The position numbers and the translations under genes are program-made. 64,000 bases of DNA, taken from Eledone cirrhosa. Taxonomy: Eukaryota. Below, piece after piece: positions 23,631-38,100 of the stretch; the first letter of the stretch is position 1; each line of letters begins with the position of its first letter. Location of the stretch: the NCBI GenBank assembly GCA_964016885.1, contig OZ024742.1, positions 320,230,001 through 320,294,000 on the forward strand, given 5' to 3'. Below the pieces are notes generated by a model. The model did not search any database and was not told the DNA's origin. It saw only the letters and a list, made by a program, of their open reading frames with translations.

Positions 23631-24635
23631 TCTATATATATAAAACTGTGGTTCTCTGTCTGTCTATCGATTTTTGGCACACATCTCCTCTTAGAATCTC
23701 TCACGGAATTGCACCGAAATTGCTATACTTGTACATTGAGTCCTAGCAAAGACATCGGAAAAAAAATATTTCAAATTGACCCACCCTATGTGACGAAATC
23801 GAATATAATGTATCGATTTTTGAGCGTAAGTTATCAGTTATTTCCCTTTGTTCTGTTTACATTGAGCGTCTTACGTAAAAAATTACGCTGGCTTTCTCAG
23901 CGTTTAAAATGACATTAACACAATACACGAACAGACAGTTGTCGAGCCAGCAAAATATTGACCTGCAAAATTCATCAGTTCGAACACTAAGCTTCCGTTT
24001 TGCTTCATTTCCATTTAAAAGCATTTTTAAACAATATTTTTACTTGAAAACAAGTCTATTTAAAGACTACGTAAAACAAGCAAATATTTCGTCGTTAGGC
24101 GTGCAGACAGACAGTCGTGCAGACAGACAGTCGTGCAGACAGACAGTCGTGCAGAGAGGTGATATACGCGTGCAGACAGATAGTCGTGCAGAGAGGTGAT
24201 ATAGGCGTGCAGACAGATAGTCGTGCAGAGAGGTAATATAGGCGTGCAGACAGACAGTCGTGCAGAGAGGTGATTTAGGCGTGCAGACAGACAGTCGTGC
24301 AGAGAGGTGATATAGGCGTGCAGACAGACATAACTGATAATTTGGTTACGCTAATGTTTTTCTCTGCGTTGCAGTGTTTACATTTTCGATCTTTGTTAAT
24401 AAATAACCAGTGCAGTTTCTATCCCCAGCATCCTCTTTTGTTATAACATTCGGGTTATCGTTATGTTTTCTTAACTTCATAAGGCATATTGTTGGTTGAG
24501 GGAATATTAATCAAAAACACCACATGCAAGTCTGCACAGTAGACACTACAGTTTTTAAGCCAAGAAAGAAACTTAACATTGTAACTTTAACACAGCTACT
24601 GAGCGACCCCGAGCAACGCCGGGCTTTACTGCTAG
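23631..24635 (+). mobile_element. Non-autonomous Helitron with internal 16/37-bp minisatellite (~24097-24330)
   Basis: 5' end A|TCtatatatataaaactg; 3' hairpin cccg agcaacgc cggg followed by CTAG|T; no TSD. Confidence 0.85.
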
Positions 24636-24742
24636 TATATATATATATTAGCCGATTTGGCTTATATCCCTCCAAATTGAGATTATGGTTTAAGTTTTAT
24701 ATATTTAGATACTTCTTTGAGTAGATAATTTATTAATATATC

Positions 24743-24876
24743 ATAGTAACATCCCTTTACGATCTGAGTTCAAATCCCGCCGAGGTTGACTTTGCCTTTC
24801 ATCCTTACGGGGTCGATAAAATAAAGTACCAGTAATGTACTGGGTAATTGCTGGCCTTGTGCCTAAAGTAGAAACA
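24743..24876 (+). mobile_element. 5'-truncated SINE, same family as 23071
   Basis: Same core; 18-bp TSD ataatttattaatatatc. Confidence 0.85.
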
Positions 24877-25333
24877 ATAATTTATTAATATATCTTATCT
24901 TTTCATTGAGATGTTTACGTATTAGAGACAGTTAACTTTATAGAGTTGTAAATTAATATTGACTGCTCCATTACCGTTAAGTTGAGTTAGACGGTTTTGG
25001 CTGCTATCTCCAGTGTAATATCAGCCTGTTGTATTGTCCTAATATATTAAGTAGGTAATATTCATACAGTAATTCAGTGTTTCAACATGGTGTCTGACCA
25101 TGTAGTCTATTAACGGCATGGTATATATGATATATATATATTCAACGTGTCTCCTTGGGTGGAATATATTTATATAGTAATTCAGCGATACACCTTCCTT
25201 GTTCACCTTACGGTCCGAGTAACTAAATGTTATGTATGATATATATTCAACTTGTCCCCTTATTTCTAAGAAGAATTCACCTCCCGATAAAAGAACTTCA
25301 ACTCTCCAATATTGGTTATTCCAATGTCTTGGA

Positions 25334-25374
25334 ATTCCTGATGTATCTTGAGTTCCAGAAACCATGGTTGGGGT
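25334..25374 (+). ncRNA. Degenerate type I hammerhead
   Basis: attc-CTGATGT-atcttgagttcca-GAAA-ccatgg-TT-ggggt; palindromic stem III, damaged core. The downstream end (~25392-25448) recurs at ~24650-24700. Confidence 0.4.
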
Positions 25375-25447
25375 ATTATATAAGTTAAAGCCAACTTCTT
25401 AAGCCGATTTTCCTTATATCCTCCCAAAATGAGATTTGGGGTTAAGT

Positions 25448-25508
<61 letters not shown>

Positions 25509-25544
25509 GCGTGTGCGTGCGTGTGCGTGCGTGCGTGCGTGTGA

Positions 25545-25745
25545 GAAAACGAGGTGTTTTTTATATGAAAAAAAAACAAAAATGAGATGTCCTACACGAG
25601 TGGAAGTATAAGGAAAAGAAATCGAAAATACGACTGGAGTCTTTTTAAGAATATTTGTTGGTTTCCTTTACCGGTTTCACAGTTGTTATGCTTTTCAAAA
25701 GTAGAATTGAGATGGAGGGTTTGTGGTTTTTTGAGAAAATCCACA
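25545..25745 (-). mobile_element. Second copy of the U3-A8 hammerhead family (HHR 25666-25701)
   Basis: Minus strand reads ctt-TTGAAAA-gcat aacaa ctgt-GAAA-ccgg-TA-aag; flanks are homologous to 6025-6205. Confidence 0.7.
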
Positions 25746-25899
25746 AACGAAGAAGAAGAAAAAGAAGAAGAAGAAGAAAAAGATAAAGATTGAGGAGGAG
25801 GAGGAGAAGGAGAAGAAGAAAATGAAGAAGAAGAAGGATGAGAAGAAGAAGAAGAAGAAGTGCGTATAAAATGATAAAACGCAAATGAAGTAATTTAAT

Positions 25900-26077
25900 T
25901 GTTTCTACTTTCGGCACAAGGCCAGCAAATACCCAGTACATTACTGGTACTTTATTTTATCGACCTCGTAAGGATGAAAGGCAAAGTTAACCTTGGCGGG
26001 ATTTGAACTCAGATCGTAAAGGGACGTAACTATGCTGGAAAGCATGTCCAACCCTCTACCAATTCTGCCAATCCACC
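25900..26077 (-). mobile_element. SINE, same family as 23071
   Basis: Reverse-complement core; 13-bp TSD gaagtaatttaat. Confidence 0.85.
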
Positions 26078-26129
26078 GAAGTAATTTAATGAGTAAGAAA
26101 AATAAGTTTCGTTGACGGAAGTGATGTTG

Positions 26130-29100
26130 ATAATGGTAGTGGTGACAATAGATGTGTTGGCGGTATTGATGGCGATGGTGATGGTTGTGGCGATGATTGT
26201 TGCTGTTGTAGTGGTGGTGGTGGTGGTGGTGGTGACAGTAGTTGTGTTGGTGGTATTGATGGCGATGGTGATGGTTGAGGCGATGATTGTTGCTGGTGTA
26301 GTGGTGGTGGTGGTGGTGGTGACAGTAGTTGTGTTGGTGGTATTGATGGCGATGGTGATGGTTGTGGCGATGATTGTTTCTGTTGTAGTGGTGGTGGTGG
26401 TGGTGGTGACAGTAGTTGTGTTGGTGGTATTGATGGCGATGGTGATGGTTGTGGCGATGATTGTTGCTGTTGTAGTGGTGGTGGTGACAGTAGTTGTGTT
26501 GGTGGTATTGATGGCGATGGTGATGGTTGTGGCGATGATTGTTGCTGTTGTAGTGGTGGTGGTGGTGGTGGTGGTGACAATAGTTGTGTTGGTGGTATTG
26601 ATGGCGATGGTGATGGTTGTGGCGATGATTGTTGCTGGTGTAGTGGTGGTGGTGGTGGTGGTGACAGTAGTTGTGTTGGTGGTATTGATGGCGATGGTGA
26701 TGGTTGTGGCGATGATTGTTGCTGTTGTAGTGGTGGTGGTGGTGGTGGTGGTGACAGTAATTGTGTTGGGGGTATTGATGGCGATGGTGATGGTTGTGGC
26801 GATGATTGTTGCTGTTGTAGTGGTGGTGGTGGTGGTGGTGACAGTAGTTGTGTTGGTGGTATTGATGGCGATGGTGATGGTTGTGGCGATGATTGTTGCT
26901 GTTGTAGTGGTGGTGGTGGTGGTGGTGGTGACAGTAGTTGTGTTGGTGGTATTGATGGCGATGGTGATGGTTGTGGCGATGATTGTTGTTGTTGTAGTGG
27001 TGGTGGTGGTGGTGACAGTAGTTGTGTTGGTGGTATTGATGGCGATGGTGATGGTTGTGGCGATGATTGTTGCTCTCGTAGTGGTGGTGGTGGTGGTGAC
27101 AGTAGTTGTGTTGGTGGTATTGATGGCGTTGGTGATGGTTGTGGTGATGATTGTTGCTGTTGTAGTGGTGGTGGTGGTGGTGGTGACAGTAGTTGTGTTG
27201 GAGGTATTGATGGCGATGGTGATGGTTGTGGCGATGATTGTTGCTCTCGTAGTGGTGGTGGTGGTGGTGGTGGTGACAGTAGTTGTGTTGGTGGTATTGA
27301 TGGCGATGGTGATGGTTGTGGCGATGATTGTTGCTCTCGTAGTGGTGGTGGTGGTGGTGGTGGTGACAGTAGTTGTGTTGGTGGTATTGATGGCGATGGT
27401 GATGGTTGTGGCGATGATTGTTGCTGTTGTTGTGGTGGTGGTGGTGGTGGTGACAGTAGTTGTGTTGGTGGTATTGATGGCGATGGTGATGGTTGTGGCG
27501 ATGATTGTTGCTGTTGTAGTGGTGGTGGTGGTGGTGGTGGTGACAGTAGTTGTGTTGGTGGTATTGATGGCGATGGTGATGGTTGTGGCGATGATTGTTG
27601 CTGTTGTTGTGGTGGTGGTGGTGGTGACAGTAGTTGTGTTGGTGGTATTGATGGCGATGGTGATGGTTGTGGCGATGATTGTTGCTGTTGTAGTGGTGGT
27701 GGTGGTGGTGACAGTAGTTGTGTTGGTGGTATTGATGGCGATGGTGATGGTTGTGGCGATGATTGTTGCTGTTGTAGTGGTGGTGGTGGTGGTGACAGTA
27801 GTTGTGTTGGTGGTATTGATGGCGATGGTGATGGTTGTGGCGATGATTGTTGCTGTTGTTGTGGTGGTGGTGGTGGTGGTGACAGTAGTTTCGTTGGTGG
27901 TATTGATGGCGATGGTGATGGTTGTGGTGATGATTGTTGCTGTTGTAGTGGTGGTGGTGGTGGTGGTGACAGTAGTTTCGTTGGTGGTATTGATGGCGAT
28001 GGTGATGGTTGTGGTGATGATTGTTGCTGTTGTAGTGGTGGTGGTGGTGGTGGTGACAGTAGTTTCGTTGGTGGTATTGATGGCGATGGTGATGGTTGTG
28101 GTGATGATTGTTGCTGTTGTAGTAGTGGTGGTGGTGGTGGTGACAGTAGTTGTGTTGGAGGTATTGATGGCGATGGTGATGGTTGTGGCGATGATTGTTG
28201 CTGTTGTTGTGGTGGTGGTGGTGGTGGTGACAGTAGTTTCGTTGGTGGTATTGATGGCGATGGTGATGGTTGTGGTGATGATTGTTGCTGTTGTAGTGGT
28301 GGTGGTGGTGGTGGTGACAGTAGTTGTGTTGGAGGTATTGATGGCGATGGTGATGGTTGTGGCGATGATTGTTGCTGTTGTTGTGGTGGTGGTGGTGGTG
28401 GTGACAGTAGTTGTGTTGGTGGTATTGATGGCGATGGTGATGGTTGTGGCGATGATTGTTGCTGTTGTTGTGGTGGTGGTGGTGGTGGTGGTGACAGTAG
28501 TTGTGTTGGTGGTATTGATGGCGATGGTGATGGTTGTGGCGATGATTGTTGCTGTTGTAGTGGTGGTGGTGGTGGTGGTGGTGACAGTAGTTGTGTTGGT
28601 GGTATTGATGGCGATGGTGATGGTTGTGGCGATGATTGTTGCTGTTGTAGTGGTGGTGGTGGTGGTGGTGGTGACAGTAGTTGTGTTGGTGGTATTGATG
28701 GCGATGGTGATGGTTGTGGCGATGATTGTTGCTGTTGTAGTGGTGGTGGTGGTGGTGGTGGTGACAGTAGTTGTGTTGGTGGTATTGATGGCGATGGTGA
28801 TGGTTGTGGCGATGATTGTTGCTGTTGTTGTGGTGGTGGTGGTGGTGGTGACAGTAGTTGTGTTGGTGGTATTGATGGCGATGGTGATGGTTGTGGCGAT
28901 GATTGTTGCTGTTGTAGTGGTGGTGGTGGTGGTGGTGGTGACAGTAGTTGTGTTGGTGGTATTGATGGCGTTGGTGATGGTTGTGGCGATGATTGTTGCT
29001 GTTGTTGTGGTGGTGGTGGTGGTGACAGTAGTTGTGTTGGTGGTATTGATGGCGATGGTGATGGTTGTGGCGATGATTGTTGCTGTTGTTGTGGTGGTGG

Positions 29101-32100
29101 TGGTGGTGGTGACAGTAGTTGTGTTGGTGGTATTGATGGCGATGGTGATGGTTGTGGCGATGATTGTTGCTGTTGTAGTGGTGGTGGTGGTGGTGGTGGT
29201 GACAGTAGTTGTGTTGGTGGTATTGATGGCGATGGTGATGGTTGTGGCGATGATTGTTGCTGTTGTTGTGGTGGTGGTGGTGGTGACAGTAGTTGTGTTG
29301 GTGGTATTGATGGCGATGGTGATGGTTGTGGCGATGATTGTTGCTGTTGTAGTGGTGGTGGTGGTGGTGACAGTAGTTGTGTTGGTGGTATTGATGGCGA
29401 TGGTGATGGTTGTGGCGATGATTGTTGCTGTTGTAGTGGTGGTGGTGGTGGTGACAGTAGTTGTGTTGGTGGTATTGATGGCGATGGTGATGGTTGTGGT
29501 GATGATTGTTGCTCTCGTAGTGGTGGTGGTGGTGGTGGTGACAGTAGTTGTGTTGGTGGTATTGATGGCGATGGTGATGGTTGTGGCGATGATTGTTGCT
29601 GTTGTTGTGGTGGTGGTGGTGGTGGTGACAGTAGTTTCGTTGGTGGTATTGATGGCGATGGTGATGGTTGTGGTGATGATTGTTGCTGTTGTAGTGGTGG
29701 TGGTGGTGGTGGTGACAGTAGTTTCGTTGGTGGTATTGATGGCGATGGTGATGGTTGTGGTGATGATTGTTGCTGTTGTAGTGGTGGTGGTGGTGGTGGT
29801 GACAGTAGTTTCGTTGGTGGTATTGATGGCGATGGTGATGGTTGTGGTGATGATTGTTGCTGTTGTAGTAGTGGTGGTGGTGGTGGTGACAGTAGTTGTG
29901 TTGGAGGTATTGATGGCGATGGTGATGGTTGTGGCGATGATTGTTGCTGTTGTTGTGGTGGTGGTGGTGGTGGTGACAGTAGTTTCGTTGGTGGTATTGA
30001 TGGCGATGGTGATGGTTGTGGTGATGATTGTTGCTGTTGTAGTGGTGGTGGTGGTGGTGGTGACAGTAGTTGTGTTGGAGGTATTGATGGCGATGGTGAT
30101 GGTTGTGGCGATGATTGTTGCTGTTGTTGTGGTGGTGGTGGTGGTGGTGACAGTAGTTGTGTTGGTGGTATTGATGGCGATGGTGATGGTTGTGGCGATG
30201 ATTGTTGCTGTTGTTGTGGTGGTGGTGGTGGTGGTGGTGACAGTAGTTGTGTTGGTGGTATTGATGGCGATGGTGATGGTTGTGGCGATGATTGTTGCTG
30301 TTGTAGTGGTGGTGGTGGTGGTGGTGGTGACAGTAGTTGTGTTGGTGGTATTGATGGCGATGGTGATGGTTGTGGCGATGATTGTTGCTGTTGTAGTGGT
30401 GGTGGTGGTGGTGGTGGTGACAGTAGTTGTGTTGGTGGTATTGATGGCGATGGTGATGGTTGTGGCGATGATTGTTGCTGTTGTTGTGGTGGTGGTGGTG
30501 GTGGTGACAGTAGTTGTGTTGGTGGTATTGATGGCGATGGTGATGGTTGTGGCGATGATTGTTGCTGTTGTAGTGGTGGTGGTGGTGGTGGTGGTGACAG
30601 TAGTTGTGTTGGTGGTATTGATGGCGTTGGTGATGGTTGTGGCGATGATTGTTGCTGTTGTTGTGGTGGTGGTGGTGGTGACAGTAGTTGTGTTGGTGGT
30701 ATTGATGGCGATGGTGATGGTTGTGGCGATGATTGTTGCTGTTGTTGTGGTGGTGGTGGTGGTGGTGACAGTAGTTGTGTTGGTGGTATTGATGGCGATG
30801 GTGATGGTTGTGGCGATGATTGTTGCTGTTGTAGTGGTGGTGGTGGTGGTGGTGACAGTAGTTGTGTTGGTGGTATTGATGGCGATGGTGATGGTTGTGG
30901 CGATGATTGTTGCTGTTGTTGTGGTGGTGGTGGTGGTGACAGTAGTTGTGTTGGTGGTATTGATGGCGATGGTGATGGTTGTGGCGATGATTGTTGCTGT
31001 TGTTGTGGTGGTGGTGGTGGTGGTGACAGTAGTTGTGTTGGTGGTATTGATGGCGATGGTGATGGTTGTGGCGATGATTGTTGCTGTTGTTGTGGTGGTG
31101 GTGGTGGTGGTGACAGTAGTTGTGTTGGTGGTATTGATGGCGATGGTGATGGTTGTGGCGATGATTGTTGCTGTTGTAGTGGTGGTGGTGGTGGTGGTGA
31201 CAGTAGTTGTGTTGGTGGTATTGATGGCGATGGTGATGGTTGTGGCGATGATTGTTGCTGTTGTTGTGGTGGTGGTGGTGGTGGTGACAGTAGTTGTGTT
31301 GGTGGTATTGATGGCGATGGTGATGGTTGTGGCGATGATTGTTGCTGTTGTTGTGGTGGTGGTGGTGGTGACAGTAGTTGTGTTGGTGGTATTGATGGCG
31401 ATGGTGATGGTTGTGGCGATGATTGTTGCTGTTGTAGTGGTGGTGGTGGTGGTGGTGACAGTAGTAGTGTTGGTGGTATTGATGGCGATGGTGATGGTTG
31501 TGGCGATGATTGTTGCTGTTGTTGTGGTGGTGGTGGTGGTGACAGTAGTTGTGTTGGTGGTATTGATGGCGATGGTGATGGTTGTGGCGATGATTGTTGC
31601 TGTTGTTGTGGTGGTGGTGGTGGTGGTGACAGTAGTTGTGTTGGTGGTATTGATGGCGATGGTGATGGTTGTGGCGATGATTGTTGCTGTTGTTGTGGTG
31701 GTGGTGGTGGTGGTGACAGTAGTTGTGTTGGTGGTATTGATGGCGATGGTGATGGTTGTGGCGATGATTGTTGCTGTTGTAGTGGTGGTGGTGGTGGTGA
31801 CAGTAGTTGTGTTGGTGGTATTGATGGCGATGGTGATGGTTGTGGCGATGATTGTTGCTGTTGTAGAGGTGGTGGTGGTGGTGGTGACAGTAGTTGTGTT
31901 GGTGGTATTGATGGCGATGGTGATGGTTGTGGCGATGATTGTTGCTGTTGTAGTGGTGGTGGTGGTGGTGGTGACAGTAGTTGTGTTGGTGGTATTGATG
32001 GCGATGGTGATGGTTGTGGCGATGATTGTTGCTGTTGTAGTGGTGGTGGTGGTGGTGGTGACAGTAGTTGTGTTGGTGGTATTGATGGCGATGGTGATGG

Positions 32101-35100
32101 TTGTGGCGATGATTGTTGCTGTTGTAGTGGTGGTGGTGGTGGTGGTGACAGTAGTTGTGTTGGTGGTATTGATGGCGATGGTGATGGTTGTGGCGATGAT
32201 TGTTGCTGTTGTTGTGGTGGTGGTGGTGACAGTAGTTGTGTTGGTGGTATTGATGGCGATGGTGATGGTTGTGGCGATGATTGTTGCTGTTGTTGTGGTG
32301 GTGGTGGTGGTGGTGACAGTAGTTGTGTTGGTGGTATTGATGGCGATGGTGATGGTTGTGGTGATGATTGTTGCTGTTGTTGTGGTGGTGGTGGTGGTGG
32401 TGACAGTAGTTGTGTTGGTGGTATTGATGGCGATGGTGATGGTTGTGGCGATGATTGTTGCTGGTGTAGTAGTGGTGGTGGTGGTGGTGGTGACAGTAGT
32501 TGTGTTGGTGGTATTGATGGCGATGGTGATGGTTGTGGTGATGATTGTTGCTGTTGTAGTGGTGGTGGTGGTGGTGGTGGTGACAGTAGTTGTGTTGGAG
32601 GTATTGATGGCGATGGTGATGGTTGTGGTGATGATTGTTGCTGTTGTAGTGGTGGTGGTGGTGGTGGTGACAGTAGTTGTGTTGGTGGTATTGATGGCGA
32701 TGGTGATGGTTGTGGCGATGATTGTTGCTGGTGTAGTAGTGGTGGTGGTGGTGGTGGTGACAGTAGTTGTGTTGGTGGTATTGATGGCGATGGTGATGGT
32801 TGTGGCGATGATTGTTGCTGGTGTAGTGGTGGTGGTGGTGGTGGTGACAGTAGTTGTGTTGGTGGTATTGATGGCGATGGTGATGGTTGTGGCGATGATT
32901 GTTGCTGTTGTAGTGGTGGTGGTGGTGGTGACAGTAGTTGTGTTGGTGGTATTGATGGCGATGGTGATGGTTGTGGCGATGATTGTTGCTGGTGTAGTGG
33001 CGGTGGTGGTGGTGGTGACAGTAGTTGTGTTGGTGGTATTGATGGCGATGGTGATGGTTGTGGCGATGATTGTTGCTGGTGTAGTAGTGGTGGTGGTGGT
33101 GGTGGTGACAGTAGTTGTGTTGGTGGTATTGATGGCGATGGTGATGGTTGTGGCGATGATTGTTGCTGTTGTAGTGGTGGTGGTGGTGGTGGTGACAGTA
33201 GTTGTGTTGGTGGTATTGATGGCGATGGTGATGGTTGTGGTGATGATTGTTGCTGTTGTAGTGGTGGTGGTGGTGGTGGTGACAGTAGTTGTGTTGGTGG
33301 TATTGATGGCGATGGTGATGGTTGTGGCGATGATTGTTGCTGGTGTAGTAGTGGTGGTGGTGGTGGTGGTGACAGTAGTTGTGTTGGTGGTATTGATGGC
33401 GATGGCGAGGGTTGTGGCGATGATTGTTGCTGGTGTAGTGGTGGTGGTGGTGGTGGTGACAGTAGTTGTGTTGGTGGTATTGATGGCGATGGTGATGGTT
33501 GTGGCGATGATTGTTGCTGTTGTAGTGGTGGTGGTGGTGGTGACAGTAGTTGTGTTGGTGGTATTGATGGCGATGGTGATGGTTGTGGCGATGATTGTTG
33601 CTGGTGTAGTGGTGGTGGTGGTGGTGGTGACAGTAGTTGTGTAGGTGGTATTGATGGCGATGGTGATGGTTGTGGCGATGATTGTTGCTGTTGTAGTGGT
33701 GGTGGTGGTGGTGGTGGTGGTGGTGGTGACAGTAGTTGTGTTGGTGGTATTGATGGCGATGGTGATGGTTGTGGTGATGATTGTTGCTGTTGTAGTGGTG
33801 GTGGTGGTGGTGGTGACAGTAGTTGTGTTGGTGGTATTGATGGCGATGGTGATGGTTGTGGCGATGATTGTTGCTGTTGTAGTGGTGGTGGTGGTGGTGA
33901 CAGTAGTTGTGTTGGTGGTATTGATGGCGATGGTGATGGTTGTGGCGATGATTGTTGCTGTTGTAGTGGTGGTGGTGGTGGTGACAGTAGTTGTGTTGGT
34001 GGTATTGATGGCGATGGTGATGGTTGTGGCGATGATTGTTGCTGTTGTAGTGGTGGTGGTGGTGGTGACAGTTGTTGTGTTGGTGGTATTGATGGCGTTG
34101 GTGATGGTTGTGGCGATGATTGTTGCTGTTGTAGTGGTGGTGGTGGTGGTGGTGGTGGTGGAGACAGTAGTTGTGTTGGTGGTATTGATGGCGATGGTGA
34201 TGGTTGTGGCGATGATTGTTGCTGTTGTAGTGGTGGTGGTGGTGGTGGTGGTGGTGGTGACAGTAGTTGTGTTGGTGGTATTGATGGCGATGGTGATGGT
34301 TGTGGCGATGATTGTTGCTGTTGTAGTGGTGGTGGTGGTGGTGACAATAGTTGTGTTGGTGGTATTGATGGCGATGGTGATGGTTGTGGCGATGATTGTT
34401 GCTGTTGTAGTGGTGGTGGTGGTGGTGACAGTAGTTGTGTTGGTGGTATTGATGGCGATGGTGATGGTTGTGGCGATGATTGTTGCTGTTGTAGTGGTGG
34501 TGGTGGTGGTGACAGTAGTTGTGTTGGTGGTATTGATGGCGATGGTGATGGTTGTGGTGATGATTGTTGCTGTTGTAGTGGTGGTGGTGGTGGTGGTGGT
34601 GGTGGTGACAGTAGTTGTGTTGGTGGTATTGATGGCGATGGTGATGGTTGTGGCGATGATTGTTGCTGTTGTAGTGGTGGTGGTGGTGGTGGTGGTGGTG
34701 GTGACAGTAGTTGTGTTGGTGGTATTGATGGCGATGGTGATGGTTGTGGCGATGATTGTTGTTGTTGTAGTGGTGGTGGTGGTGGTGGTGACAGTAGTTG
34801 TGTTGGTGGTATTGATGGCGATGGTGATGGTTGTGGCGATGATTGTTGCTGTTGTAGTGGTGGTGGTGGTGGTGACAGTAGTTGTGTTGGTGGTATTGAT
34901 GGCGATGGTGATGCTTGTGGTGATGATTGTTTCTGTTGTAGTGGTGGTGGTGGTGGTGGTGGTGACAGTAGTTGTGTTGGTGGTATTGATGGCAATGGTG
35001 ATGGTTGTGGCGATGATTGTTTCTGTTGTAGTGGTGGTGGTGGTGGTGGTGGTGACAGTAGTTGTGTTGGTGGTATTGATGGCGATGGTGATGCTTGTGG

Positions 35101-38100
35101 TGATGATTGTTGTTGTTGTAGTGGTGGTGGTGGTGGTGGTGACAGTAGTTGTGTTGGTGGTATTGATGGCAATGGTGATGGTTGTGGCGATGATTGTTGC
35201 TGGTGTAGTGGTGGTGGTGGTGGTGGTGGTGACAGTAGTCGTGTTGGTGGTATTGATGGCGATGGTGATGCTTGTGGTGATGATTGTTGTTGTTGTAGTG
35301 GTGGTGGTGGTGGTGGTGACAGTAGTTGTGTTGGTGGTATTGATGGCAATGGTGATGGTTGTGGCGATGATTGTTGCTGGTGTAGTGGTGGTGGTGGTGG
35401 TGGTGACAATAGTTGTGTTGGTGGTATTGATGGCAATGGTGATGGTTGTGGCGATGATTGTTGCTGGTGTAGTGGTGGTGGTGGTGGTGGTGGTGACAGT
35501 AGTTGTGTTAGTGGTATTGATGGCGATGGTGATGGTTGTGGCGATGATTGTTGCTGTTGTAGTAGTGGTGGTGGTGGTGGTGGTGACAGTAGTTGTGTTG
35601 GTGGTATTGATGGCGATGGTGATGGTTGTGGTGATGATTGTTGCTGGTGTAGTGGTGGTGGTGGTGGTGGTGACAGTAGTTGTGTTGGTGGTATTGATGG
35701 CGATGGTGATGGTTGTGGCGATGATTGTTGCTGTTGTAGTAGTGGTGATGGTGGTGGTGGTGACAGTAATTGTGTTGGGGGTATTGATGGCGATGGTGAT
35801 GGTTGTGGCGATGATTGTTGCTGTTGTAGTAGTGGTGGTGGTGGTGGTGGTGACAGTAATTGTGTTGGGGGCATTGATGGCGATGGTGATGGTTGTGGTG
35901 ATGATTGTTGCTGTTGTAGTGGTGGTGGTGGTGGTGACAGTAGTTGTGTTGCTGGTATTGATGGCGATGGTGATGGTTGTGGCGATGATTGTTGCTGTTG
36001 TTGTGGTGGTGGTGGTGGTGACAGTAGTTGTGTTGGTGGTATTGATGGCGATGGTGATGGTTGTGGCGATGATTGTTGCTGTTGTAGTGGTGGTGGTGGT
36101 GGTGGTGACAGTAGTTGTGTTGGTGGTATTGATGGCGATGGTGATGGTTGTGGCGATGATTGTTGCTGTTGTAGTGGTGGTGGTGGTGGTGGTGACAGTA
36201 GTTGTGTTGGTGGTATTGATGGCGATGGTGATGGTTGTGGCGATGATTGTTGCTGTTGTAGTGGTGGTGGTGGTGGTGGTGACAGTAGTTGTGTTGGTGG
36301 TATTGATGGCGATGGTGATGGTTGTGGCGATGATTGTTGCTGTTGTAGTGGTGGTGGTGGTGGTGGTGGTGGTGGTGGTGACAGTAGTTGTGTTGGTGGT
36401 ATTGATGGCGATGGTGATGGTTGTGGTGATGATTGTTGCTGTTGTAGTGGTGGTGGTGGTGGTGGTGACAGTAGTTGTGTTGGTGGTATTGATGGCGATG
36501 GTGATGGTTGTGGCGATGATTGTTGCTGTTGTAGTGGTGGTGGTGGTGGTGACAGTAGTTGTGTTGGTGGTATTGATGGCGATGGTGATGGTTGTGGCGA
36601 TGATTGTTGCTGTTGTAGTGGTGGTGGTGGTGGTGACAGTAGTCGTGTTGGTGGTATTGATGGCGATGGTGATGGTTGTGGCGATGATTGTTGCTGTTGT
36701 AGTGGTGGTGGTGGTGGTGACAGTTGTTGTGTTGGTGGTATTGATGGCGTTGGTGATGGTTGTGGCGATGATTGTTGCTGTTGTAGTGGTGGTGGTGGTG
36801 GTGGTGGTGGTGGAGACAGTAGTTGTGTTGGTGGTATTGATGGCGATGGTGATGGTTGTGGCGATGATTGTTGCTGTTGTAGTGGTGGTGGTGGTGGTGG
36901 TGGTGGTGGTGACAGTAGTTGTGTTGGTGGTATTGATGGCGATGGTGATGGTTGTGGCGATGATTGTTGCTGTTGTAGTGGTGGTGGTGGTGGTGACAAT
37001 AGTTGTGTTGGTGGTATTGATGGCGATGGTGATGGTTGTGGCGATGATTGTTGCTGTTGTAGTGGTGGTGGTGGTGGTGACAGTAGTTGTGTTGGTGGTA
37101 TTGATGGCGATGGTGATGGTTGTGGCGATGATTGTTGCTGTTGTAGTGGTGGTGGTGGTGGTGACAGTAGTTGTGTTGGTGGTATTGATGGCGATGGTGA
37201 TGGTTGTGGTGATGATTGTTGCTGTTGTAGTGGTGGTGGTAGTGGTGGTGGTGGTGGTGACAGTAGTTGTGTTGGTGGTATTGATGGCGATGGTGATGGT
37301 TGTGGCGATGATTGTTGCTGTTGTAGTGGTGGTGGTGGTGGTGGTGGTGGTGGTGACAGTAGTTGTGTTGGTGGTATTGATGGCGATGGTGATGGTTGTG
37401 GCGATGATTGTTGTTGTTGTAGTGGTGGTGGTGGTGGTGGTGACAGTAGTTGTGTTGGTGGTATTGATGGCGATGGTGATGGTTGTGGCGATGATTGTTG
37501 CTGTTGTAGTGGTGGTGGTGGTGGTGACAGTAGTTGTGTTGGTGGTATTGATGGCGATGGTGATGCTTGTGGTGATGATTGTTTCTGTTGTAGTGGTGGT
37601 GGTGGTGGTGGTGGTGACAGTAGTTGTGTTGGTGGTATTGATGGCAATGGTGATGGTTGTGGCGATGATTGTTTCTGTTGTAGTGGTGGTGGTGGTGGTG
37701 GTGGTGACAGTAGTTGTGTTGGTGGTATTGATGGCGATGGTGATGCTTGTGGTGATGATTGTTGTTGTTGTAGTGGTGGTGGTGGTGGTGGTGACAGTAG
37801 TTGTGTTGGTGGTATTGATGGCAATGGTGATGGTTGTGGCGATGATTGTTGCTGGTGTAGTGGTGGTGGTGGTGGTGGTGGTGACAGTAGTCGTGTTGGT
37901 GGTATTGATGGCGATGGTGATGCTTGTGGTGATGATTGTTGTTGTTGTAGTGGTGGTGGTGGTGGTGGTGACAGTAGTTGTGTTGGTGGTATTGATGGCA
38001 ATGGTGATGGTTGTGGCGATGATTGTTGCTGGTGTAGTGGTGGTGGTGGTGGTGGTGACAATAGTTGTGTTGGTGGTATTGATGGCAATGGTGATGGTTG

